This document shows positions 41,758 to 53,710 of a stretch of 64,000 bases of DNA, piece by piece (position 1 is the stretch's first letter; every line of letters starts with the position of its first letter). This DNA is from the human T2T-CHM13v2.0 reference genome, Homo sapiens. The stretch lies in assembly GCF_009914755.1 (NCBI RefSeq), contig NC_060935.1; one strand, given 5' to 3'. Below the pieces are notes generated by a model. That model was not told the DNA's origin. It saw nothing but the letters and a program-made list of their open reading frames with translations, and did not search any database. The position numbers and the translations under genes were made by a program.

Positions 41758-42150
41758 TGATACAATTTGGATATTTGTCCCACCAAATCTCATGTTGAAA
41801 TGTAATCCCCGATGTTAGAGGTGGGGTTTGGTGGGAGGTGTTTGGTCATGGGGATGGATCCCTTATGGCTTGGTACTATCTTTGAGATAGTGAGTTAGTT
41901 CTTGTGAGATTTAATTGTTTAAAACTGTGTGGCACCTCCCCTCACTCTCTTTCTCTCACCATGTGATATGCCTGCCCCTGCTTCCCCCTCTACCACGAAT
42001 AAGAGCTCCCTGAGACCTCCCCAGAAGAGTGCAGATCCCAGTGTCATTCTTGTACAGCCTACAGAATCATAAGCCAATTAAACTTCTTTTCTTTTTATAT
42101 TATCCAGTCTCAGGTATTTCATTATAGTAATGCAAGAATGGCCTAACACA
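41758..42150 (+). mobile_element. MSTB-like MaLR solo LTR
   Basis: tgatacaatttggatatttgtccc...gcaagaatggcctaacaca. TSD gcatg/gcctg. Confidence 0.92.
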
Positions 42151-43329
42151 GCCTGGTAGTTAACTTGTTTATTCTATCAAATGAGATGAAAACATTGATT
42201 AAATGGATACTCATGTTGTTAAATAACTTTATAGGTTATGAGGACAGGTATCAGTGATTTGAAAAGGAGATCCACAGTGAAAGCATTTCCTCCATATGAT
42301 TTCATACTATCATCTTTGGTTACCTCTTGTCATTTTTCTTTTCCCCAACAATAAGGCAGGGACACTTCTTGAGGAAACACCTGGAAAATATCGTATTAGG
42401 ATTACAGTTGATAGTCTTCCTTACTACTAAGGAATGCTCTGGCATAGATCTAACACTATGCAAAACCAAAGTCTACTTCTCTGTCATCTACCCCAGGTAT
42501 GATGTTAGTCAGTGATGTCACCTTAAGCACAGTTTCTAAGCTAGAATCCACTGGAGTTATCATCTACTCAAGTGAGTTTCAAACATTTTCTAAAGAAGAC
42601 TTTTCTCAAAAAATAATGTTTATCACCATAGTAAATAGATAAAAATAAAAAGTTTTTCTTTATGGCTTTAGAGACTAAAAGCCTCAACATTTTTGCCTCC
42701 CACTTTCATCCTGATTACTGTCCTTAGGATATGTCCATGGAAAACTAAGTGATTTGCAAATTACTTCTCTACAGTAGCTTCTCCACATGCGGTCAGTTAT
42801 CAAAGCCTGTAATCTTACCTCAGAATGAATGCCTGGATGCAGCAGTTCTTCCTCATCACTACTAACCCTGCCCATCTCTCATCTGGACCATTGCAATATA
42901 TTTATCTCCTTTCTCCAGGTTCCTCTCCTCTGAATCCCCTTGCCAATGATTTTCTCTTTAAAATAAAGTTTATCAAGTCTTGTCACTCTTTGCCTTTAAA
43001 CCCCTAGTTGATTTCATACTCTTGATGGGATGCTGGCCAAAGACTAAAGTTAGAGCCAAACTTCACTTCATCTCTATTTTCTACCATATTCTCTATTAAT
43101 TGACTGCCATTCTCTCAAATTGCATAATGCTCTCATCAACGCTTGTTACTTAGAATGCCATTAAAATGTTAAAAATCCCCAAGTTGTATCTTGAGACCAG
43201 CACACTCTCTGAGTCCAAAGATTTTTTGCCACCTCCACTGCTGCTACCATTGCTTTTTGCCTAGCAAGACGTTCTTGCATCTATATTCTGTTTTCCATAG
43301 GACAACTATATCATTTAGTCTGATCAGTA

Positions 43330-43895
43330 AATACCTCTGCCTAAAACTCTCCAGTAACTTCCTCTTTCTTCCATAATAAAAGGGTCTTCCTTCCGACTGC
43401 ATCCAAGGCCCTCATTATCTGGCATTATCCGGTCTCACTCTATTCTTACTCCCCCTCTCTCACTCTGCTCTTGCCATACTGGCCCCCGTGCTATTTTTCC
43501 AATGCAATAAGCATATTTCAGTCACAGAACTTTTAGACTGTGTTTCCTCTGCCTGGCATGTTTTTCGAAATATCCACCTGACTTTCTCCCTCATTTTCTA
43601 CAGGCCTCTGATCATGTCACTTCATCAATACCGTCTTCATTGACCATCCTGCTCACTATGCCCAACACTCCTAGCTATATACTTTCCTTCTTTTAATTTT
43701 ATCCATAGAGCTTTTTACCATCAGATATACTCTATTTTTTTGTTGTTTTTCACCCACAATTAGAATATAAACTCCATAACAGCAGGAAAAACAGGGATTT
43801 TTATGTTCAGTCACTATTGTGATGAAAATATAGAATAATGCATTTTACACAGAAGTTGCTCAATAAATACTGTAGGATAAATGAATGAACAAATG
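43330..43895 (+). mobile_element. L2a 3' region
   Basis: Ends gctcaataaatactgtaggataaatgaatgaacaaatg. More L2 pieces flank it (~42800-43060, ~43900-44310). Confidence 0.8.
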
Positions 43896-44964
43896 TACCC
43901 TGAGCTCCAGCCACATAATCTTTCACTATTTTCTGAACATACTAGAGGTACTTCCCTAATTTGTTATTTGTATAGAAGTTGTTCCTTCTGCTTGGAGAAC
44001 AATTCCCACTACTTCATGCTTCAAGACCTCTGCTGCTACCTACACTATGAAACCTCCAACTCCCTCAGTCTATTGTGGATTGGACTAGCTGTTGTGGTCC
44101 AATAGCTCTTTGTCTATTAGCATAATTATTAGAAGTACCTATTAGAACTTTGCAGCCTGGTCTTATAATTTTTTGTTTCTATGTCTGTGTCCCTTACTAC
44201 AGTTCAGGATTCTTAGGGATAGTAACGGTATTATTTCTCTTTGAATAGGCAGTATAAAACTTAGAATGTCAATACATAGTTTCCAAATGCAAGAATCAAT
44301 TATTCAACAGTGCAGATCTGTATATCAATCTGTGAGTTTCCAGGAATGCTGACTAGAAACAAAAGGAAAGAGCAGCAAGAAGTTAAAGATTACAGATAAA
44401 ATTGCATCCAAAAAGTGGAGAGTGTTTGTTCTGCACATTTCATTTACGTGAAGTGATAGGAAATAGATATTAAAATGAAAACCAGCTAGTGGAATTTGTA
44501 AAAAACAAGTCGGGGTCAGAATTTGGTCTTCTTTTTACTTGCCAACAAAGGTGCTGTCTGGTTGGAACAAGGCAGGAGAAATGGCTGTTAGAAGATGTCT
44601 ATATAGTGCTACTAATGAGATCTGGGTCATAGTGAAAGCAATTTTCCAATAGTAGCACAGGCTATCTCTTCTGTCTTCGAAATTGTGACAATGGTTTTTA
44701 TGATTCTAATTCAGGGACTCTAACCAAGCTCGAAACTTTGCCTGGGCAGACAAAAACTCAGATGTGATTGCTCTTGCAAATAGCCCCTTTAGTGTACTAT
44801 AGGTGTGAGTATGAATGTGTATTGAGGGGTTACTTTCTAAGTCTCTGCCATGACAAGATGAGTGAGGGAAATCAATTGGGGCTGAAAATGCCAGCACTAT
44901 CTCTGATAGTAGCAAACAGCAAAGCCACTATGTTGGAGATGACATCATACCCATCATACCCATT

Positions 44965-45190
44965 TATAGCTAATATTAAACTTAATGGGAATAAATGGAA
45001 TCATTCTCTTTGTAAGATCAGATCCATGGTAAAATTAAAACAACAACAGCAGCAATAACAAAAGATTATTTTGGAGGTCATAGCCAATGTTGATGACGAA
45101 ATAGAAACACATAATTAAAAAATAAAACTGTCTTTATTTGGAGAGTGATGGTCACTTTCATAGAATAAACTAAGAAATCTACAAATACCC
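44965..45190 (+). mobile_element. Old L1M ORF2 (RT region) fragment
   Basis: atagctaatattaaacttaatgg...tggaggtcatagccaatg...aaaactgtctttattt. Confidence 0.6.
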
Positions 45191-45339
45191 ATATTATACA
45201 CCCACTGGAGACAGACTTTGAAGAACCATTTCCTATTGACCCCTCTACATAATCTGAGACCACACTTATGAAAATTGCATTCGTTTGTGTAATTCGAAGC
45301 TATTCTAATTCTTAGAACTAGAGCTAATAAAGTCTTTGT

Positions 45340-46960
45340 CAGCACTTGGTTTTGTCAGTTGCTTGTCTGTTATAATTTTAGTCATTCTTGTGAGTGTGTA
45401 GTCCTATCTCATTGTGTTTTCATTTGCATTTTCATTATTAACAATGTTAAACATTTTTTCATAAACTTTATCTACTCTTTGTATATCTTCTTTGGTAAAG
45501 TTTCTACTAGACTCTTTAGCCCATTTTAAAAAATTCAGAGTTTGTTTTCTTAGTATTGAATTTTCAAAATTCTTTACATATTTTGGATATAGTACCTCTA
45601 GCAAATATTACTCCCATTCTGACTTTTTATACTGTAACCTTGTCAAATTTATGTATTAGTTCTAGAAGCATTTTTGTAGATTTCTTAGTTTATTCTATGA
45701 AAGTGACCTTCACTCTGCAAATATAGTTTTATTTTTTAATTATGTGTTTCTGTTTCTTCATCTCCATTGGCTATGACCTCCAACATAATCTTTTGTTATT
45801 GCTGCTGCTGTTGTTTTAATTTTACCGTGGATCTGATCTTACAAAGGTAATGATTCCATTTATTCCCATTAAGTTTAATATTAGCTACAAATTTGTCCTA
45901 GATGAGCTTTGCCAATTTGAGGACATTTCCTACTAATCCTAGTTTGAGGATTTTTTTTTTTTTTTAGTGTAATGACTGGGTAGTGAATTTTGTTAAATAA
46001 TTTTTCATATTTATTGAAATGATCATATAGATTTTTTTCCTGTATTGTGTTAATATAGTAATATATTCCTGTATTCAATGTGTTAGGTATTGTGTCCATG
46101 TTCATGAGTGATGTTGCTCTTTACATTTACTCTCTTGTAATATTTTTGTTGAATTTTTTTATGAGGGGAACGCTGATCTCATGAGTTAAGTGGGAAAGTC
46201 TTAAATTTTCTTGAGGATTTTGTTTAGAATTGAAATTACTTCTTTCTTAAAGTTTTGAGAGGAGTCATTAATGAAACCATATGCACCTGGAATTCTCTTA
46301 GCATAAAGCTTTTTAACTGCAAATTCATTTTTAGTATGTCTAGCTTTACTCTGATTATCTCTTTCTTCTTTAAGAAGACTTGATAGTTTGTATCTATCAA
46401 GAAACTTGTGAAATTTGTTCATTACGGTACCTTATACTGTTAACAACTGTAGGAGCTAATAGTAAAGGTGTCTATTTCATTTCTGGTGTTGGTAATATGT
46501 TGCTTCCGTTTTGTTGTTGTTGGGTGTTTTTTGTTTGTTTGTTTGTCTGTTTATTTGTTTCTGAGACGGAGTCTGGCTCTGTCCCCAGGCTGGAGTGCGG
46601 TGGCGCCATCTCGGCTCACTGCAAGCTCTGCCTACAGGCTCCTGCCGTCAAGCCTGGCTAAATTTTTGTATTTTTAGTAGAAACGCGGTTTCACCCTGTC
46701 AGCCAGGATGGTTTGGATCTCCTGACCTCGTAATTCGCCCGCCTCAGCCTCCCAAAATGCTGGGATTACAGGCGTGAGTCACCGCGCCCGGCCTTTTTTT
46801 TTTTTTTTCTTTATCAATTGGACAAAAGATTCATCCATTTTATTGATCTTTTCAAAGGATCAAGTCTTGTTTTTATTGATTTTCTCCGTTGTGTCTCTGT
46901 TTTCAAAAATAAATCCAGTCTCCATTATTTCATTAGAGCTAGATGTTGAAGTCTCATACA
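45340..46960 (-). mobile_element. Old L1M ORF2 relic interrupted by AluY
   Basis: Reverse ORFs show decayed ORF2 (LYPKYVK..KWAK, GAYGFINDSSQNFKKE). Confidence 0.8.
46509..46793 (-). mobile_element. AluY-like with ~49-bp internal deletion
   Basis: cactgcaagctc and agccaggatgg are AluY diagnostics. Many CpGs kept, (TTTG)n tail. Confidence 0.92.
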
Positions 46961-48297
46961 TTATAGTGTGATTAATTCTATTTTTAGCAGCCTTATTCTA
47001 AGTGTTCTCAAATTGTTTTTCAAAAGTTGGTGGACTTTTTGTTTCCAATTAAAATGATTTAGAAGGGATGCTAAAAATAAATCAGGAAAACTAAATTTGG
47101 AATTTGAGTAGATCTACTGAGTCTTAAAGTAAGAGATAGAGAATCATAAATACTTTTGAGATAAACTTGTGTAGCTATGAATTTTTCTCCTCTGTCCTTT
47201 ATCTGTATTAATTTAACAAATGCTGTTTTGACTGTAGAACACTATTAGAAATAGGAGAGTAGGGATAATAACTAATACCTGACCACTGCTTTAGAGTTGT
47301 TTATAGTCAAGCAGGGAAGATGAAATTTAAGAAAATATCTACAATGCAAGGTAGAATGAGATAACTGTGGTGACAATATATGGATAACCATATTAATAGA
47401 ATTTCATTTTACTATTTTTGAAAACAGTTTCCCCATGGCTATAATTAGTATGAGACTCAAAGGGGATTTAAATGTTTTCATTAGAAACTCTAATCTGTTT
47501 TTTCTACAATAGATTAAAAAATACTAGGATTCCAGAGATATGTCTTACTGCTTACATGTAAAGAACAGAGACTGGGTGCAGAATTAAGTAAAGAACTAGA
47601 GTATGGTAGGGAGAAGCAGTGTGATTAATGCATTGTCTTGATAATGGTTACTCCACTTTGGATGATGTATCCCAGATGAGTGTGATGTATCAAATAATTG
47701 CCTTACAAAAAACTCTTTTAGATAGAATATACTTATGAAAATATAGGTGGGTCCTGAATTGAAAATGAGTTTATATTAACAAGTTTGGTTCAGAAACTAT
47801 TTTCTGGTTAGTAAATTATAAGATATTTCAAACATGATGCATATGGAATTTATTGCTTATCATTTCGTTGTTTCCAAACTTCAGGGGAGGTATGAATGAG
47901 AATCAATGTTTATGAGATAAAAGTGCCAATATTCCACTCTATTATTAAGAGAAAAAAATCTAACAGTTAGGATTTTAGAAAAGTTTAGCTAGAACATGGG
48001 ACCTGCCCTGTGGTATCATATTATTATCATATGGTATCATAAGTGGCAATACCTTACTGCAACAAGAAATTGTTTGGAAATAGGTTTACCACTTCAAAGC
48101 AATTTCTGTTGTGTTGAAACTCTAACCATAGCTCTATAAAAGAGACAAATTAGAAAATTAGACAAATTAGAAAATATATTTAAATATATATTTAATTCTT
48201 TTATTGTATGAAAAAATGATTATAATAAGTTTACAAAACAAAATAAACAAATAGAAAGTGTGACTGAAATTGCTCTGTAAAGAAAAATATATTTAAA

Positions 48298-48608
<311 letters not shown>

Positions 48609-49133
48609 TTAAAGGTATACTTAAAATATTAACAATGCTTATCTCAGGGATGGTAAGATAAGTAATGATTTCATTACTTAGTTGAAGTTATATGTATAAA
48701 TATATATATTTATATATAAATAATTATATATAAGAAGTTGAATTATATTCAACTTCTCATATATAATTAAACTCTTTCTAGATATTTAGAATTTTTCTAA
48801 AATTGAAAATATCTGTAAAGTTATCATTTTTAAAATCTAACATTAAATAATCAGCAAATTAGATAAAGTGGATTATCATGTTTTAGAAAAAGAATTATGA
48901 AAAATTTGTCATCTTAATTTTGAGAGGATTTCAGGATCATAAATTGTATTTACCAGGTGATAATTCTGTAGCAACGATCTCATTTCTGAATTTATAAATT
49001 CTGCCTTATGTATTTTGTTCAGCTTCAAATTCTAGTGCTAATTTTACATCTTCACCTTGATCATAAGTTCCATCTAAATTTACTGAATTTAAGCTCTCTT
49101 TTCAAACCATTCTGGGACATATGCAGTGTTCTG

Positions 49134-49626
49134 TGTGGTCAGCAATGAAAAAATGTTGATCATCTAATCCTTTCCTCCTTCCCAAAAGAATCCTGATTTT
49201 GTCCAGTGGTGTTCCCATTTGACATGTCTACCTAACATTTCCTTCTTCTGGCGACAGCCATAGATTGAGAAAATGACTTGGCCCAGCTGGAATCAACCAA
49301 AATGAGAGTTTGCTGGGAGCTTTTGGGCAAGCACTCTCAAGAAAGATGCATGAATAGAGAACCTTTATTATTCTGCTTTTTGTGAGGAGTGGATGTCGAT
49401 TGCAAAGACATCATCCTCTCACCCATTTAAGAATGAAGTCAGCACACTGAGGAGGGCAGAACCAAGCAACTCATAGGACATTGAGCCAGAGCCACTTGAT
49501 TAAGTCCATTTTAACATCAGATCACTTCTCAACTTTCTGTTAAATTAGTGAAAACATTCCTAAATTTTTTAACCAGTTTGATTTTAATTTCCTGTCACTT
49601 ATAGCCAAAAGCCTCCTGAGCAAACA
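49134..49626 (+). mobile_element. MLT1 (J/K/L-like) solo LTR
   Basis: tgtggtcag...cctgattttgtccag...tttcctgtcacttatagccaaaagcctcctgagcaaaca. Confidence 0.65.
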
Positions 49627-50222
49627 GGTAGAGCCATGCTTAGTAGGGCCCTTTCTTTATGAAGCAGGTAGTTGGATTGCCTCAGAACTACCCATGCTAC
49701 TAATTTTGTTCCTCAATCATTGTTCTCTAAAGTTGGTCTCCTTTTCTGGTCACCAGATTTCTTTACCAGAATGATAAAAAGGGATGTTCTATGGGTGTTA
49801 TTGAGAATACACTTTTCTCCTAGTCATACAAATTGCCAATCTGAACAACTTTTAGTGATATGTATGTGTTACACATTTATTTTATTAGCCATGGGCAATG
49901 GTTTAAATATCTCCTCCAAAGCTCATGAAAATTTAATGGCCATTTTAAAAGTATTAAGAGGTGGAGCCTTTAAGAGGTGATTAGGCCATGAGGGCTTTAT
50001 CCTCATAGGTGAGATTGCTGCCATTATAAAGAAGTATGACCTTCTCTTGCCCTCTCTTGGCCTTTCTGCCTTCTACCACGGGAGCAAGGAGGCCCCTGCC
50101 AAATGCTGGCAGTATGATACTGAACTTCCCAGCCTTTAGGATTGTAAACAAATAAATTTCTGTCCATCATAAATTACCCAGTCTATATCATGCTGTTACA
50201 GCTGCACAAATGGACTAAGAAA

Positions 50223-50537
50223 GAAAATTGGTACCAGAAAAGTGGGATGTTGCTGTACCAGATATATAAACCTGTAGAAGCAGCTTGGAATCTGGTAATG
50301 AGTAGTGGCTCAAAGAGTTTTAAAGTGAATGGTGGAAAAGACCTACATTGCCATGAACAAATAATTAAGGGTGATTCTGGTGAGGGCTCAGAAGGAGAAA
50401 ATAGCTGTAGGGAAAGCCTGAAACCTATTAGATATTACATAAATGGCCATGATCAGAATATTGGTAGAAATGTGGATGGCAAAGGCAATTCTGATGAGGT
50501 ATCAGATGGAAAGGAAGAGCAAGGTATTGGGAACTGA
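50223..50537 (+). pseudogene. MaLR internal gag-like ORF remnant
   Basis: VEAAWNL...NSDEVSDGKEEQGIGN resembles the THE1/MST-int ORF (recalled as EVVSDGDEELVGNW). TGA stands in place of W. Confidence 0.65.
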
Positions 50538-50753
50538 ACCAAAGTCCATTCTTCTTAAAAAGTGGTAAAGAACTTGGCTGAATTGTGTCCATTGATTTGG
50601 TGGTTTTGTAGAAGACAGAATTTAAGACTGATAAAGTAGAAATATCTGAGCAGCAAAACGTTCAGGGTGCTACTTGGCTTCTTTAACCACATAGAGTAAA
50701 ATATAGGAAGAGAAAAATTAAAGAGAGAATTTATAATTAAAAGGGAATCACAG

Positions 50754-51153
50754 TGGAATAAAGAAATACCTGAGACTGGGTAATTTGTAAAGAAAAAAGG
50801 TGTAATTGGCTTACAGTTCCACAGGCTGTACAGGAATCCTGATGCTGGCATCTGCTTAGCTTCTGGGGAGGCCTCAGGAAACTTACAATAATGGTGGCAG
50901 GTCAATGGGAAGCAGGCATTTTACATGGTTGGAGCAGAAGCAAGAGTGAGAGAAGAGGTGTTACACACTTAAATGACCACGTCTCATGAGAACTCACTCA
51001 CTATTGTGAGGACAGTACCAAGGGAGATGGTGCTCAACCATTCATATGAATCCATCCCCATGATCCAATCACCTCCCACCAGGCCCGGCTTCTAACATTG
51101 GGATTACATTTCAGTATGAGATTTGGGCATGGACATACCTCCAAGCTATACCA
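50754..51153 (-). mobile_element. MSTA solo LTR nested in MST-int
   Basis: aaagaaatacctgagactgggtaattt...ggctgtacagg...aagctatacca. TSD CACAG (50749-50753, 51154-51158). Confidence 0.9.
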
Positions 51154-52679
51154 CACAGCATGAAGATTTGGATAACTCTCAGTGACCATTTGATAAGATT
51201 AGTACAGATAGAAGAACAAAGCCAGAGACTATTCATCAGGATAATGGGAGAATGACCCCAAAGGCACTTCTGAGATTTCCAGGATGGCCCCTTCCATCAC
51301 AGGCCCAGAATGACAAGGCCTGAGGAAATAAACTATACCAAAAGAGAGGTCAAAAGTACACTAAGGAACTTGGGGCACATTGCTCAGGGGTACCTCAAGT
51401 CTCCACTCCCTGCATTCTGGTACTCTTCATCTACCCCAACTATCACTCAAGCAGGTACAGGTGTGGCTTGAGCAGCCCTTCTGGAAGTTACAAACTGTAA
51501 ATCTTGGCAGTGTCCATGTGGTACTAATTTTGTGGTGCACAGAATCCAAGACCTGTGGGGACATGGCTTCCTCTACCTAGATTTCAATGGATGTCATAGA
51601 TAGCCTGGAGGTTGGGACAGAGATTTGTGGTAGGAGGGCACTACAGACAACCTCCACTAGGACAGTGCTTACTGGAGCCACGTGGGTGAAGCTGCCCCTT
51701 GAGACCCTGGAACAGTAAAGCTACCATGTGCAACACCAGCTGGGGAGAGCTACAGGCACAAGAAAACTTGTGAGAGCTACTCATTTTGCTGAGCCAAGCA
51801 AAGCCATGGAGGCTGGGCTTTCTGAGCCCTTGGGGACCCAATCCCTATCCCAGTGAGTGTGGAAAGCTGGACATAGTGTCAAAGATTATTTTCAGGCTTT
51901 AGGATTTAGATTGTTCACCCTGTTGGGTTTTGTACTTCCTGTGGCCTATTTCTTTTTTCTTTCCTATTTTTCTCTTGGAAATGGGAATGTTTATTCCATG
52001 CCTGTTACAGCATTGCATTTTGGAAGCTCATAACTTGTTTAATTTCATAGGCTCGCAACTGGAGGGAAATATGCCTCAGGATGGATTGTGCCTTGAATCT
52101 CACCCATATCTGATTTAGATGAGACTCTGAACTTAGATTTTGAGTTAATGGTGGGATGAGTTAAGACTTTTGGGGCTATTGGAATGGAAAGAATGCATTT
52201 TGTATGTCCGAAAGACATGAGTTTTGAGAGACCAGGAGTGGAAAGCTACAGTTTGAATATTTATCCTCTTTAAAACTCCTATTGAACTTTGATTGCCATA
52301 ATAATGTTATTAACAGGTGAAAGTTTAAAGAGGTCCTTAGACCAGGAGGGCTCCCCTCATGGGTGGGATTGGTGCCATTATAAAATGGCGGGTTTGGCCC
52401 CCTCTTGCCTTCTGGCCCTTCTGCCTTATGCCATGGGAAGGTGCAACAAGAAGTCCCTCACCAGATACCAACAACTGGATATTAAACTTTTCAGCCTCCA
52501 AAACTGTGAGTCAATAAATTTCTGTTAAATATAGATTACCCAGTCTTTCGTATTTTGTTATAGGAGCACAAAACAAACGAAGACACCATGTTTCCCAAAG
52601 AAGCTTTAGAAGACCCAATTGGCATTTACCAATGTTTTCCTCAGGGAGATTGAACTGTACTGTCTCTGACTGTACTGTG

Positions 52680-52895
52680 GTGTTTATCAGTGGAAAGAGT
52701 TTATAAACTCAAGTGAATACCAGTTCAGTCAGCTGTTAGCTATGTGCCCTGAGCAAGTTATTTTATCTTTCCATGTTTAGTAATATTCTTGTAGTGATAA
52801 TATTACCTATCTCACATTGTTGTTTACAAGTTTAAATGAGTAATATTAAATTTAGCATCTCAGATCCCAGCACAGGCAGTGAATTAAGTGTTTGC
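52680..52895 (+). mobile_element. MIR relic
   Basis: tagctatgtgccctgagcaagtta...acctatctcacattgttgttt...taaatgagtaat. Confidence 0.65.
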
Positions 52896-53710
52896 TTCCT
52901 TTTCTTATTTCTTCGCTTATGAGAAAAAACCCATGAGTAACTCATCATCTGATTATTCCTCTACTTCAGAAATGTAAAATCCATAATTCCTACAATCCTG
53001 TCAAAATTAGAAGGTCCAACACTTTATTTCTGTAGTGTATTTTTTTATTTTTACATATTGGAGCTCTTATAATTTTTCTGAACTTAAGGCAAATTCCTTG
53101 GCACCATCTACTAAGTTTATTTTTTTTTTCCTGAGGAAATTAAGCAACTCCAAAGGAGTTCTAATGCCTCACAGAGAAGTCTTTCAAGCAGTCTAATTAA
53201 ACAGAGGTAATCAATAGAGAAAAACCTAATCCTACCACTACCCTTTTCTCTAGCAATATAAATCAAATTCCCATGACCCATCTGCATCTGCAAGGTATAA
53301 AGATATTACATTTTTTTGGTCTTGTTTTCAAGAATCTAAACCCACCCAAATATTCTGCCTTTCAAGAACATTTTGCATATTTATGTGGAAGTCCTACAGT
53401 TGCCATGACTTTGCAGTTTGCTATTAACATTTTGTGTAGACTTTGTCCTAGCTAGAGATGTATGAACACATTTTACATAGAGCCCAAATGCTAGCCAGAC
53501 CTTCCTTATGAATAAAAGACAGATCTTTCCCTTGGAACTAATTTTCCCCTAAGATATATTACAGAATGTGCTACATTTTTCCTGGCCAAGAAGAAAACCA
53601 CATTCTATTCAATATCAAATGAGTAAATTGATACACTAAGAATTTTCAATAATCTTGGGTTTCCAGACTAGTAAAGAAATAGAAGCATTTTCAATTTCTA
53701 AAAGTCTACT

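Larger units (their letters stand above)
49894..52585 (+). mobile_element. Complete MaLR provirus (MSTC/D-like LTRs 49894-50222 and 52244-52585, plus MST-int)
   Basis: Two homologous LTRs, internal start gaaaattggtacc, purine-rich tract before the 3' LTR. Perfect TSD CCATG (49889-49893, 52586-52590). Confidence 0.92.

Noticed and set aside
42812-42875. Strong minus donor GAG|gtaaga with MGRVSSDEEELLHPGIHSE
   Set aside because: At an L2 relic with no good acceptor, and that frame hits a stop in exon 2. Other isolated minus donors (~9187, ~16976, ~16995, ~20256, ~22440) were also left out for lack of a convincing acceptor, which shows the selection risk in the exon model.
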